Positions 48,545 through 61,400 are shown, numbered from the whole stretch's first letter. The stretch is DNA of 63,521 nucleotides, filler included, from Octopus bimaculoides (GCF_001194135.2; 7 parts of 7 records of this genome joined end to end with filler, not necessarily neighbours in it), one strand, 5' to 3'. Program-made: numbers and translations. Notes: generated by a model from the sequence alone, not told the origin.

Positions 48545-48700
48545 CGACGGGCTTCTTTCAGTTTCCGTTTACCACATCCACTCACAAGGCTTCGGTCGTC
48601 GCGAGGCTATAGTAGAAGATGCTTGCACATGGTGGCATGCAGTAAGTAAAACTGAACCAGAACCATGTGTTTGGGAAGCAAGCCTCCTATCACGCAGCCA
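48540..48700 (-). mobile_element. SINE family A, 5' half
   Basis: CGACGGGCTTCTTTCAGTTTCC..GGCTATAGTAGAAGA..GCAGCCAC. Confidence 0.85.
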
Positions 48701-49134
48701 CCCCTGCGACTGTTGTAAAGTATTTCATTTTATTATCCTGACGTCTGACGTTTACATAGCAAAAATTTTTGATACCAAGACTCTCACGTATATACTGTAA
48801 AGCATTTGATCTCGGATCACTGCTGTTTATCTTATAAAAGCATTCGACCCTGGTTCACGACGTTGCATTTTAGAAAACCGTTGATCCCAGCTTCATGCAA
48901 TCTATGCCAAACTCATCATGGCGTCAGGGTAACTAACAATAATGATTTAAACAAAATACAAAAGAAATCATTACTGAAGAACTGGGGGACACGTTCTGCT
49001 GTATCAGATTCATCATCATTCCGGCCATTCTTAATGTGACATTTACCATTTTTCATAGTTTTAAGCTACCCTAAAACTATAAACATTCTTTGTTAATCAT
49101 TTCGGCAATCTCCTGAATATACAGATAAGCCAAT

Positions 49135-49190
<56 letters not shown>

Positions 49191-50750
49191 NNNNNNNNNN
49201 NNNNNNNNNNNNNNNNNNNNNNNNNNNNNNNNNNNNNNNNNNNNNNNNNNNNNNNNNNNNNNNNNNNNNNNNNNNNNNNNNNNNNNNNNNNNNNNNNNNN
49301 NNNNNNNNNNNNNNNNNNNNNNNNNNNNNNNNNNNNNNNNNNNNNNNNNNNNNNNNNNNNNNNNNNNNNNNNNNNNNNNNNNNNNNNNNNNNNNNNNNNN
49401 NNNNNNNNNNNNNNNNNNNNNNNNNNNNNNNNNNNNNNNNNNNNNNNNNNNNNNNNNNNNNNNNNNNNNNNNNNNNNNNNNNNNNNNNNNNNNNNNNNNN
49501 NNNNNNNNNNNNNNNNNNNNNNNNNNNNNNNNNNNNNNNNNNNNNNNNNNNNNNNNNNNNNNNNNNNNNNNNNNNNNNNNNNNNNNNNNNNNNNNNNNNN
49601 NNNNNNNNNNNNNNNNNNNNNNNNNNNNNNNNNNNNNNNNNNNNNNNNNNNNNNNNNNNNNNNNNNNNNNNNNNNNNNNNNNNNNNNNNNNNNNNNNNNN
49701 NNNNNNNNNNNNNNNNNNNNNNNNNNNNNNNNNNNNNNNNNNNNNNNNNNNNNNNNNNNNNNNNNNNNNNNNNNNNNNNNNNNNNNNNNNNNNNNNNNNN
49801 NNNNNNNNNNNNNNNNNNNNNNNNNNNNNNNNNNNNNNNNNNNNNNNNNNNNNNNNNNNNNNNNNNNNNNNNNNNNNNNNNNNNNNNNNNNNNNNNNNNN
49901 NNNNNNNNNNNNNNNNNNNNNNNNNNNNNNNNNNNNNNNNNNNNNNNNNNNNNNNNNNNNNNNNNNNNNNNNNNNNNNNNNNNNNNNNNNNNNNNNNNNN
50001 NNNNNNNNNNNNNNNNNNNNNNNNNNNNNNNNNNNNNNNNNNNNNNNNNNNNNNNNNNNNNNNNNNNNNNNNNNNNNNNNNNNNNNNNNNNNNNNNNNNN
50101 NNNNNNNNNNNNNNNNNNNNNNNNNNNNNNNNNNNNNNNNNNNNNNNNNNNNNNNNNNNAAACACAAGTATTTATCATTTGTTCCCTACGTATGGCTCTC
50201 CGTTGTGTGGTTTTTTTTTAATGTGTGTGGTGACGTCATAAGGACATCTAAACTTCGGGAAAACGTGAAATAATTACATTTTTGGAACAGTGAAGCTCGA
50301 ATCAGAGATGAATTTATAAGAAATAACCTGTTAATTTTGAATTTAAAGAAGTACTTTGGATAAAAAAAAATTTTAAAAACGTCGAAGGCATGTTTACAGT
50401 AGATGTGGGTTCGTTCCTTCGGGCAGAGTCCAGCTTATTTTATCCAAATGCATTTCAACCCAATATATATATATATATATATAACAATAATCTTTGGATG
50501 CAGTTTATAAACATTTAATGCATTGCAACGCGCATTTCCACAAGTCACATGACTCTAAAGATCAGAGTCTGTACTCCTGGGATGATTACAGTGTAATCCG
50601 TACTATCCGTAGGCACTGGGTTGATCATCGTCATGGATTCATTTCTTCAGGCGATATAACATCAGTGGATGTACAACAAGGCAACAGAGGGACGTTTATC
50701 TTTTCTTACCAGTATGATGGTTAAGCGAGTTATGTATACATATATATGTA

Positions 50751-50781
<31 letters not shown>

Positions 50782-52044
50782 GTAAATATATGCAAGTAAG
50801 TATTCCCATTTGTGTGTGCGCTTTCGTAGACTCTCTCGCCCACCGACACACATACACATACATACATACATACATACATTCGTACGTACTTACATACATA
50901 CATACATAAACATATACAACATACGTACGTACGTACGTACATACATACTTACTCTGATACGAGCGTACGCGTGTATATTTATATAGGTGAGTTTATGAGT
51001 GTAAACGTGTAGGCTAAAGTAATGATGTCTTGTGTTTGGAAAACAAACAGAACAGAGCAAATACACTTGTTTACATTGCCANNNNNNNNNNNNNNNNNNN
51101 NNNNNNNNNNNNNNNNNNNNNNNNNNNNNNNNNNNNNNNNNNNNNNNNNNNNNNNNNNNNNNNNNNNNNNNNNNNNNNNNNNNNNNNNNNNNNNNNNNNN
51201 NNNNNNNNNNNNNNNNNNNNNNNNNNNNNNNNNNNNNNNNNNNNNNNNNNNNNNNNNNNNNNNNNNNNNNNNNNNNNNNNNNNNNNNNNNNNNNNNNNNN
51301 NNNNNNNNNNNNNNNNNNNNNNNNNNNNNNNNNNNNNNNNNNNNNNNNNNNNNNNNNNNNNNNNNNNNNNNNNNNNNNNNNNNNNNNNNNNNNNNNNNNN
51401 NNNNNNNNNNNNNNNNNNNNNNNNNNNNNNNNNNNNNNNNNNNNNNNNNNNNNNNNNNNNNNNNNNNNNNNNNNNNNNNNNNNNNNNNNNNNNNNNNNNN
51501 NNNNNNNNNNNNNNNNNNNNNNNNNNNNNNNNNNNNNNNNNNNNNNNNNNNNNNNNNNNNNNNNNNNNNNNNNNNNNNNNNNNNNNNNNNNNNNNNNNNN
51601 NNNNNNNNNNNNNNNNNNNNNNNNNNNNNNNNNNNNNNNNNNNNNNNNNNNNNNNNNNNNNNNNNNNNNNNNNNNNNNNNNNNNNNNNNNNNNNNNNNNN
51701 NNNNNNNNNNNNNNNNNNNNNNNNNNNNNNNNNNNNNNNNNNNNNNNNNNNNNNNNNNNNNNNNNNNNNNNNNNNNNNNNNNNNNNNNNNNNNNNNNNNN
51801 NNNNNNNNNNNNNNNNNNNNNNNNNNNNNNNNNNNNNNNNNNNNNNNNNNNNNNNNNNNNNNNNNNNNNNNNNNNNNNNNNNNNNNNNNNNNNNNTATAT
51901 ATATATATATATATGTATATATGTACATATATATATATATGTATGTATATATATGATTATATATATATATATATATACATATACTCATAAATGTGTGTAA
52001 GATAGTGAGAAAATATGTTGACGCATGTTTCGTTGGTATGCAAT

Positions 52045-52094
<50 letters not shown>

Positions 52095-52878
52095 GCATAA
52101 ATGCATAAACGTTTATATATATATGTGTGTGTGTGTGTATGGATACATTTGCATATATACTATATATACACACATGCATATATGCATACATATACATATA
52201 TGCATAAGCCTATACATCATACATATATACAAATATATATACACACACACATACACATACACACACGCACTCACACACACATACACACATATATGTATAT
52301 ATATATATACACACTCATTAGAATTAAGTATGTGCGTGTTTGCAAACATGTGTATACATGTAAGCTACATATCAACGCACAGGATGCCGACAAGGTATAC
52401 ACTACACCACTTCAGACTCCAGTGCTAATGAGCGTTGGGTCGGCATCGAGATGGAGGTAGGATGGAAAGGAAGCAAAAAAAAAAAACCTCAGCAGGTGGA
52501 GTATGGGGCGACGTCCCACCTACCAAGAGGAGTATCCTTAATGAGGCTGCCCCACGATGTTCAAATGACAATAGATATAAAATATGTTTATTGTGTCGTG
52601 GCTAATTGCCAATAGAACAAGAAATACCACCAACAACCGTTACCATACATACTCACCCATCGCCATTCATTATAATTCGTTGCCACCCCTCGCCGAACAT
52701 CATCCTGCATTGTGAGCCATCATTATCTCATGCTTTGCTTCCTCAGTCATCCTCATGCAGCAACAAGTATCACCATCCTTTACCCAGCATCGTCAGCCAT
52801 CATCTACGTCACCACCAAGCATGTTCTACCTTATTTTTAACCATCAATCATTAACCGTCATCATCAACTGTCATGCGC

Positions 52879-53620
52879 ACTCACGCTTTTGTTATCACGG
52901 ACGTCGTCATCGTCCTACGCCATTTTCTGTTGTTTTTTTGGGGGGGTTTTTTATTTTGTTTGCTTCTTTTTCGTTTTCTTTTCGAGCCGTTGATGACAGC
53001 GACGACGACGACGACGACGACGATGACGACGAGGACAGCGATGATGATCACGACGATGATTNNNNNNNNNNNNNNNNNNNNNNNNNNNNNNNNNNNNNNN
53101 NNNNNNNNNNNNNNNNNNNNNNNNNNNNNNNNNNNNNNNNNNNNNNNNNNNNNNNNNNNNNNNNNNNNNNNNNNNNNNNNNNNNNNNNNNNNNNNNNNNN
53201 NNNNNNNNNNNNNNNNNNNNNNNNNNNNNNNNNNNNNNNNNNNNNNNNNNNNNNNNNNNNNNNNNNNNNNNNNNNNNNNNNNNNNNNNNNNNNNNNNNNN
53301 NNNNNNNNNAGAAGAAGAAGAAGAAGAAGAAGATTTTTACGGGTATCTCTAGAGCATCGGACACGATGCTTTGTATTCCAGGGTTCAAGTTTTAGCCAAG
53401 ATGACTTCTGTTGCTCATTCTTTCGATAACAAAAAAAAAAAAAAAGTTGTGGTGGCGGCGTAGTGGTTAAGGTGCTGCTGGACCCATGATCGTAACATCT
53501 CGTTGTTGTTATCAAAAGCAAAACAAGCGACACAGACATTTTTTTCTTCTCTCTCGGCGTCATCTGTCGCCATGTTTGCCACCGCAGCGTTCCTAGTAAA
53601 ACATTCGTTTGACATAAACA
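52879..53620 (-). promoter_or_regulatory. CpG-rich island; candidate 5' exon region
   Basis: Local CpG enrichment, AACATGGCG (53568-53576) and AAAATGGCG (52918-52926) on the minus strand, donor-like GC|GTGAGT at 52885/52884; no transcript evidence. Confidence 0.3.
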
Positions 53621-53838
53621 TCGCTCCGTTTTTCTCCTTTTTTCTGTTCTTTTTTTTTCCTTCTTTTACATACATACACATTTTCACTCCATCTGTGTTA
53701 CATTCCGAGGTGGTGAATTATACAATGTTTTTCTTTTTTTTTCTCTTTCCGCTTTTCGAGTAAACACAAATAATTTTACTAAACAAAATTTAAAATTAGA
53801 CAATTTCCCACTGATGAGGATAAATGTAAAACAAAAAT

Positions 53839-54059
53839 CGCGGGGGTTTTGAAAAGTTACTGGCTTTAAGGGTATCGCGAAAGGTCTTGCTGGAGGCCCA
53901 ACCTTCCGACTTCTTTTATATACTGAGCTTAGAAAAACTGAAGGACCGTAGTTATAAGTGTGTGATTCTGAGAGGGAAATGTGTTGCATAAAATCATAAT
54001 TAACTGATCCTCCTGTATTCACTTTTACCCAAAGCCAGAAACTTTTCAGCGCCCCCTCG
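53839..54059. mobile_element. Mariner-type MITE, same family as 7759-7940
   Basis: Ends CGCGGGGGTTTTGAAAAGTTACTGGCTTT / AAAGCCAGAAACTTTTCAGCGCCCCCTCG-TA; internal CTGAGAGGG..AATTAACTGA..CCTGTATT is shared. Confidence 0.8.
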
Positions 54060-54104
54060 TATGTATGTACGTATGTATGTATGTGTGTCTCCTTGTCTCC
54101 GTAT

Positions 54105-54141
54105 TCTTTCTGTTGAAGAGCGTAGCTCGAAACGTCAAAGA
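54105..54141 (+). ncRNA. Minimal type I hammerhead ribozyme-like motif (Penelope-type variant)
   Basis: UCUUU-CUGUUGA-A-GAGC(GUA)GCUC-GAAAC-GUC-AAAGA: 5-bp stem I, 4-bp stem II, loopless palindromic ACGU stem III, GUC triplet; core position A6 is U. Confidence 0.6.
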
Positions 54142-54230
54142 CTTTCCGTATTCCCGAGCGTCATACTAATACATCCTTTTGTTATTTACACCACCTGTCC
54201 TCGTCTGTTGTTGTTTTTTCGTATATTCTC

Positions 54231-54263
<33 letters not shown>

Positions 54264-55085
54264 GAAAGAAAGAATATGCACACAGATTACATCGTTCTAA
54301 TGTATTTAACTGTCACACATTTTGGAGANNNNNNNNNNNNNNNNNNNNNNNNNNNNNNNNNNNNNNNNNNNNTTAATTAATTAANNNNNNNNNNNNNNNN
54401 NNNNNNNNNNNNNNNNNNNNNNNNNNNNTATATATATATATATATAAAATACATTAAGTACAGGACATCACCAACGAGTGAACATTACGTAGACATACGA
54501 GCGATAAGTACAGGACAAATTACCAAAAAATGCGCACACATATTAAAACAGATAAGCGAGTAAAACACTTGACATCATTCTAGAACACTCAATTTATAAT
54601 ATAAGCATTGAGAAAAATTAGTTATGATTGATACAAATTAGCGTAGCGGTCTCTCACCACACGAAGAGCAGCTGCCTTGGAAGAGGATGATGTCACAGGT
54701 CAGCATCCGCCTCAATCCAGTCAAGAGATATTACAACGATGTTGTGGAGTCCCGCGAGCTCTAATCGCTGAGAAAATAGATTTTGTCATCGGCAGACACC
54801 GACAGACTGCTAACATCTATTATAATTACTCTGCTCTTCGTTTGTATTATAAATTAAGCGTTCTAGAATGATTGCCAAATGTTTAGCTTGTTTATTATCT
54901 GTTTTAATGTTTATCTACCAGCTCGTTGAAGACCCACTTCTAGCCACGTTTTGATAGGCAATGTCAGCATCATAGTCTTCAGTTGCTGTTTAAGCCGAAG
55001 TTTTAGTGGTTAATTATACTACATACACATAGTACACACCTATTACATTGTCATCTGACAAAAATTGTTCGTATGTGTGTGTGTC

Positions 55086-55468
55086 GCTTGCTTACCAACC
55101 ACATGGTTCCGGGTTCAGTCCCACTGCGTGGCACCTTGGGCAAAGTGTCTTCTACTATAGCCTCGGGTCGACCAAAGCCTTGTGAGTGGATTTGGTAGAC
55201 GGAAACTGAAAGAAGCCCGTCGTATATATACATATATATATATCTGTATGTGTATGTTTGTGTGTCTGTGTTTGTCCTCCTAGCATTGCTTTACAACCGA
55301 TGCTGGTGTGTTTATGTCCCCGTAACTTAGCGGTTCGGCAAAAAAGACCTATAGAATAAGTACTAGGCTTACAAAGAATAAGTCCCGGGGACGATTTGCT
55401 CGACTAAAGGTGGTGCTCCAGCATGGCCGCAGTCAACTGACTGAAACAAGTAAAAGAGTAAAAGAGTA
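55086..55468 (+). mobile_element. SINE family A, near full length
   Basis: Matches 37385-37765; the first ~28 bp of the head are missing. Confidence 0.92.
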
Positions 55469-56984
55469 TATATATATATATATATATNNNNNNNNNNNNN
55501 NNNNNNNNNNNNNNNNNNNNNNNNNNNNNNNNNNNNNNNNNNNNNNNNNNNNNNNNNNNNNNNNNNNNNNNNNNNNNNNNNNNNNNNNNNNNNNNNNNNN
55601 NNNNNNNNNNNNNNNNNNNNNNNNNNNNNNNNNNNNNNNNNNNNNNNNNNNNNNNNNNNNNNNNNNNNNNNNNNNNNNNNNNNNNNNNNNNNNNNNNNNN
55701 NNNNNNNNNNNNNNNNNNNNNNNNNNNNNNNNNNNNNNNNNNNNNNNNNNNNNNNNNNNNNNNNNNNNNNNNNNNNNNNNNNNNNNNNNNNNNNNNNNNN
55801 NNNNNNNNNNNNNNNNNNNNNNNNNNNNNNNNNNNNNNNNNNNNNNNNNNNNNNNNNNNNNNNNNNNNNNNNNNNNNNNNNNNNNNNNNNNNNNNAGCAG
55901 TTAGTTCTTCGTTGCAGTGGAGGGTCATGCAAGATAGAAGAACAGTGATCGAAGTTGTAAAGAAGTATTTATTTACCGTTACTTTGTATATATCCAATAC
56001 TACGACAGGTTGGTATGTATAATTAATAAATAGAAAAGCATCCGAGGTAAAAAGAGTCAATTTCGGCCGGTATGTGTGTACACGTTCTCGTAGTACTATA
56101 TATAGAGAGATATGGTAATATTACAGAGAATAAAAAGTGAGTTAGTGAAAGTCAGTAGTGAGACGAAACAACTGCTTTGTTGGTGAGGTACCATAGTTGT
56201 CCCTTTGTGCCTCTTCCTTCAGAGACGGCGTTTTGTTCAGCTGGTCAGCCAGACTCGGTTCTCACAAACTGACTTTGGCTTACAAAGTTCTTGTTTTTAT
56301 AACTATCCAAAACCAGCCAGAAGGATAAACATATTGTTGAAAACTATAGATTTCGTTGGAGGTCTGTTATCTCTATTCTAGCTTTTAGTGGCTTAGAAGA
56401 GGTTAAAAGGGTCAAGTGGCAAAAACGTTATTCCGGCTTAGCGAAGGTATCTGGTAAATGTAACTACTGTCACTCACAGAAAAACTATTGTTTTACCGTG
56501 AGAAAAGTGCCATTGAACTGTTAAGTGAAATTTGGCGATCGAAGATCGTATCCACGTTGTGCCTGCATGAAACCACTACATATATATATCTATACACACA
56601 CACATATACATACATACATACATACATACATACATGCGTGAGTATGTAGTATGCATGTGTATATATATGTGGGTGTGAATGTATAAATTGCCTAAGAGTC
56701 CGTAAGTTAGGAAAAAATACCCACATAGATATACATGTATGCATTCATATGTGTGTGTGTGTGAGTTTGTGTGTGTGTCTGTGTGTGTATNNNNNNNNNN
56801 NNNNNNNNNNNNNNNNNNNNNNNNNNNNNNNNNNTTAATTAATTAANNNNNNNNNNNNNNNNNNNNNNNNNNNNNNNNNNNNNNNNNNNNTGTGTGTTGT
56901 TGTGTGTGCGTGTGTGTATGTGTGTGTGTGTGTTGTGTGTGTGTGTAATATATATATATATATGTATGTATGTTTACGTATGCT

Positions 56985-57110
56985 CATACATACATATACA
57001 AGGGTTTGGTCAGCTCGAGGTTACAGATAAAAACCACTTGCCAAGGTGCCACTACACGCGGCACTATGTTGTTGGGAAGCAAGCTTCTTACCGCACAGTG
57101 TGTGTGTAGA
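56985..57110 (-). mobile_element. SINE family A 5' half, decayed
   Basis: CACTTGCCAAGGTGCCAC..GGGAAGCAAGCTTCTTACC matches the reverse head. Confidence 0.6.
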
Positions 57111-57161
57111 TAGGCGCGGGCGTAGCTTGTATATGTATGTATGTATGAGCATACGTATACA

Positions 57162-57265
57162 TTAGGTGGTAACAATTCAAAGTGAATTACTCCTTTGCAA
57201 TCCCACCAGATAAGGGAGAAGAACCTTTTTCTCACGAAGTTCCATTCTCGGTTGTGGTGAGACGT
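57162..57265 (-). mobile_element. Short internal fragment of the same mariner family as 27680-28947
   Basis: Reverse complement matches 28395-28475 (TGGTGGGATTGCAAAGGAGTAATTCACTTTGAATTGTTACCACCTAATG). Confidence 0.85.
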
Positions 57266-57414
57266 GACAGCAAAGAAGAGCACACATTCACTCTCTATGC
57301 GTGATGAGACTCGAAAATTTGGGATTTGTAATACTTTTCTTCAACCCCTTTAATTCTCGATATCTTTTCTATTCTGTGTAAGTCGGACCTTCTTGTATGT
57401 AAACATTTGCTTTT

Positions 57415-57610
57415 ATTCTTTTACTTGTTTCAGTCACTTGACTGCTGCCATGCTGGAGCACCACCTTTAGTCGAGCATATCCACCCCAGAACTTATTCTA
57501 TGTAAGCCTAGTACTTATTCTATCGGTCTCTTTTTTTCCGAAATGCTAAGTAACGGGGACGTAAACACACCAACATCGGTTGTCAAGCGATGGTTGGGAG
57601 ACAAACACAG
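57415..57610 (-). mobile_element. SINE family A, 3' half
   Basis: TTACTTGTTTCAGTC..CCATGCTGGAGCACC..CATCGGTTGTCAAGCGATG. Confidence 0.88.
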
Positions 57611-58263
57611 AAGCAAATAACAAATACATATATATATATTTATATATACATATATAATAAATATATATATGCTTTGAATTTCATGAATTTAATATACTTT
57701 ATATATTGATCTAACTTGCTTATCTGTACATTTATTTCTCTACACGCTTAAGTGTAAACCTCTTGAGCACTACTAAGTGTAGTCTATACAGTGAATATTT
57801 GATTTATTCTCATCTTTGAACTATATATATATNNNNNNNNNNNNNNNNNNNNNNNNNNNNNNNNNNNNNNNNNNNNNNNNNNNNNNNNNNNNNNNNNNNN
57901 NNNNNNNNNNNNNNNNNNNNNNNNNNNNNNNNNNNNNNNNNNNNNNNNNNNNNNNNNNNNNNNNNNNNNNNNNNNNNNNNNNNNNNNNNNNNNNNNNNNN
58001 NNNNNNNNNNNNNNNNNNNNNNNNNNNNNNNNNNNNNNNNNNNNNNNNNNNNNNNNNNNNNNNNNNNNNNNNNNNNNNNNNNNNNNNNNNNNNNNNNNNN
58101 NNNNNNNNNNNNNNNNNNNNNNNNNNNNNNNNNNNNNNNNNNNNNNNNNNNNNNNNNNNNNNNNNNNNNNNNNNNNNNNNNNNNNNNNNNNNNNNNNNNN
58201 NNNNNNNNNNNNNNNNNNNNNNNNNNNNNNNNNNNNNNNNNNNNNNNNNNNNNNNNNNNNNNN

Positions 58264-58500
58264 NTCTTAGTAGGTTTATTTGGGGGTTAAAAGAACAAAA
58301 TAAGAACTTTTCGTTAGAATGGTCTATTATTGGGAGGAATGTCCCTTACGATAAGGGTAGTAGGTATTGCAACTTGTGCAATCTTGAGTTGTTTTTTATT
58401 CTATTTTCAAAGCATAAACTAATTAATAAACTAACATATAATGGGTTCAGATGTGTTCACGTTCGCAAACATACTTATTTTTGGTTTAGATAATTTCATT
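58264..58500 (+). pseudogene. Penelope-like GIY-YIG endonuclease C-terminal remnant
   Basis: LSRFIWGLKEQNKNFSLEWSIIGRNVPYDKGSRYCNLCNLELFFIL..KLINK..RCVH fits the PLE LS.YIW.LK..WSI..PY..CNLC..E pattern. Confidence 0.8.
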
Positions 58501-58875
58501 GTTTATTTTCTCCTATAGCTGAATTTTGTTATGATCGGGTATTAGGGTCTGGGTTTTAGTATGTTTAGTTCTGCTATTGCTCTATTTACTTATTCGTACA
58601 TCCGTTCATATACATGTGCAAGTGTATATACATATGCTTGGGTATACGTGGAAAAATGTGCGTATATATGTGTATGTATGTGTGTATATGTGTATATATG
58701 TGTATGGGTATGTGTTTGTATATGTATGTGTGTATGTATGTATATGCATATGTATATGTATATGTGTATATATANNNNNNNNNNNNNNNNNNNNNNNNNN
58801 NNNNNNNNNNNNNNNNNNTTAATTAATTAANNNNNNNNNNNNNNNNNNNNNNNNNNNNNNNNNNNNNNNNNNNNC

Positions 58876-59165
58876 TGTATTTGTACAGTATTTTTGTTTT
58901 CTTCTTGTTACTTAGTAGTGTTGATTGTTTACTAATTTCGTTGAGAATCGATAAATCTTTTCTCTTTTTTTTAATTTTGTTCTGGATGTTATTTATCCAC
59001 AAGGTCTGTTTGGGTGGTAGAACTCCTGTTCGGATGGGTTTGAGTGAGTATCCTGCTTCTTTTGTGGCTGCAGTGGCTGCCGCATATATCATGTCATTTA
59101 GCTCAGTGATATTGCCTGTTGTTTCTGTGGTTGTTAGTTCCGTGACGGCCAGGTTTATGCTATTT
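58876..59165 (-). mobile_element. R4/Dong-like non-LTR retrotransposon, pre-RT region remnant
   Basis: ITELNDMIYAAATAATKEAG..WINNIQNKIKKKRKDLSILNEI resembles the LIYA.A..W..R....I...RKDLS segment of R4-clade ORFs. Confidence 0.55.
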
Positions 59166-59172
59166 ATTATTG

Positions 59173-59230
<58 letters not shown>

Positions 59231-59621
59231 CCACTGTAGATGTTGCAAGCTTTAATGTTTTGCCAATGGGGCCCATTTTTTTCCTCCTACTTCAAACCTG
59301 TTTTTAAAAATCAGTTTAATATCCAGCTTAATCCATTTATGGTTATTTTTCACACTGTTGCTTTCAGTTCCATAATAGCTTCTTACCAAATATTTTGAAT
59401 TGTAGGTAAATCAATCATCCATCACAAGTATATTGTAAAAACAAATATCTCCAGGAAAGAACTATTTTGTGTGAAGAATGAATAATTGTTGCCTTATTCC
59501 AATGGCTATAAGAATGGCAATGAGAGAATGAAAGAGTGAAAGTTTGAGGTGGGAAAAGTAAATACACCTGTTTACTCCCTCTTCACATTCTTAAGAAAGC
59601 ATCCACTCTCTCATCTCCACG

Positions 59622-59884
59622 ATCCTTGATCCACCATCCTTGATCCACCATCCTTGATCCACCATCCTTGATCCACCATCCTTGATCCACCATCCTTGAT
59701 CCACCATCCTTGATCCACCATCCTTGATCCACCATCCTTGATCCACCATCCTTGATCCACCATCCTTGATCCACCATCCTTGATCCACCATCCTTGATCC
59801 ACCATCCTTGATCCACCATCCTTGATCCACCATACTTGATCCACCATACTTGATCCACCATACTTGATCCACCTTCCTTGATCC
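59622..59884. repeat. 14-bp minisatellite (ATCCTTGATCCACC)n, about 19 units
   Basis: Read directly; three units near the right end carry a C>A variant (CATACTTGAT). Confidence 0.95.
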
Positions 59885-60254
59885 TTTCTTATGCTCATCT
59901 TATTGCTCCAGCACCCCATCACTACCTTATTTGTATCTCCTTTAGCCATGTATCTCCTCCATAGCAAGACACCTGTGCCTGTCCCTCTATCTTAACCTCA
60001 CCTTCTTGTACCTTGAGCGTTTGCTCCAGCACCCTATCACTATCTCCCTTTTTATCTCTTTCAGCCATATATCATCTCTATAGCCAGACATCTCTGCTTG
60101 TCCCATACTTTAGCCTTTCAACACTTGGCATACAGTCACTCACCTCCACCTTCTTCTCCTTCCAAATACTTCTTTGTAGTGTTTTTCTCCCTTCTCTTCC
60201 TTCTCCTCCTTCCTAGTTCTTTTCTGTCTTGCAAACACCCAGTACACTCTGTAA

Positions 60255-60402
60255 TGTGGTTTGGGTTAGGAAGGGAATCAAGCTGTAGAGATCATACCAA
60301 AGTTGACGATGGAGCTTGATGTAGCCTTGCACAGTTTGCCAGTTTTCTGTCAAGCCATGCCAGCATGGAAAATGGATGTTAAATGATGATGATGATGATG
60401 AG
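60255..60402 (+). mobile_element. RTE-type 3' tail with (ATG)n
   Basis: GTTAGGAAGGGAATCAAGCTGTAGAGA..CCATGCCAGCATGGAAAATGGATGTTAAATGATGATG; homologous to 3419-3600. Confidence 0.7.
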
Positions 60403-60539
60403 GTATGCATATCTGCATCTCTCTCTCTCTCTAAAACCTATTGTGGAAAGCATTTCCTACCAGATTTCTTCACTATTTGCTGATAAGGATTTATTCAATC
60501 AATATGCAGAATAATACAATTGTGCCCTACAACGTGCCA

Positions 60540-61400
60540 GATATAAAAACTCAATCAAATACATCCCCATAAGGGATATTCTTCTCTCCACTAAACCCAT
60601 AACTGAAACCAGTTCTGTGACTCCATATAGTAAATGTAAAACCCTCCAATACATGTCCAAATTTCAGAGTAACAGATGACCTAACAAACAACCCTCTTAC
60701 CAGATGACCCCCAAATCCTATATACATTGCAACTCACCAAAACAAACATTAGTGTACACCTCCAAAACCCTATCCCCACCCAGTTAACCCCCACCTAATT
60801 GGATTAAATGAACAATAACCCAGGACATTATCTGGTTCCACTCATACTTACCTCTTAACGTTCAGACTTGAGTACCGAAACTCTTCTTTACCCTACTCAA
60901 AAACATTTCCCTAAATCTTACCCCTTAGAAAAATATTTAACCCCCAGTCTATAAAATTGTCGTTTATAAGTGTACAGTATCAACTGCCAACTGTAACTAC
61001 ATATATATATCAGCTCATGTAACACCACATTCAAAGCTAGAGTGAGCAACCACAACTCCAGTTTCAAGTCACAAACAAAATCCAACAGCACATCGTTATC
61101 TCAGCTTAGCAATAAAGATTGATTCAATGCCTTATACTCTCAATTGGTCTGTAATCATGCACACCAAACCACAGAGCAGCTATAATAACAAATCTGATTT
61201 CTGCATATCCAAGGATTTTGGCTGTTTTGCAATCCACGGATTGTCTTAATGAACACAACAGTATAATTTTTACCTGCAAACATCAATTACTATTCTCAAA
61301 ATACAAATAACAACAACACTATCCTGCTTTTCCCCCAGCCTTCATAAATTTTCCCTCTTACCTATCCTCACTACCACAATATATTCAACCAATAATATCT
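60540..61400 (+). mobile_element. Penelope-like element remnant (same family as 38345-39300)
   Basis: 61020-61310 aligns with the reverse complement of 38430-38730 (e.g. CTTAATGAAC.CA.CAGTATAAT.TT.ACCTGCAAA). Confidence 0.7.

Noticed and set aside
49093-50273. Long ORFs (up to 377 aa) composed mostly of X
   Set aside because: They only span N gaps, as do those at 559-1568, 22889-23845, 45823-46637 and 51022-52084.
52755-53429. Asp-rich ORF (DDSDDDD...)
   Set aside because: It derives from (GAC/GAT)n repeats and a gap, with no start or splice support on the plus strand.
57301-57316. GTGATGA-GACTC-GAAA and the similar 56148-56178 motif as hammerheads
   Set aside because: Core C3 or more is missing, there is no NUH triplet and stem I is unconvincing.
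59583-59967. MVDQGWWIKDGGSR repeat protein or CRISPR-like array
   Set aside because: It is a head-to-tail 14-bp tandem repeat with no spacers, open in several frames, in a eukaryotic context.
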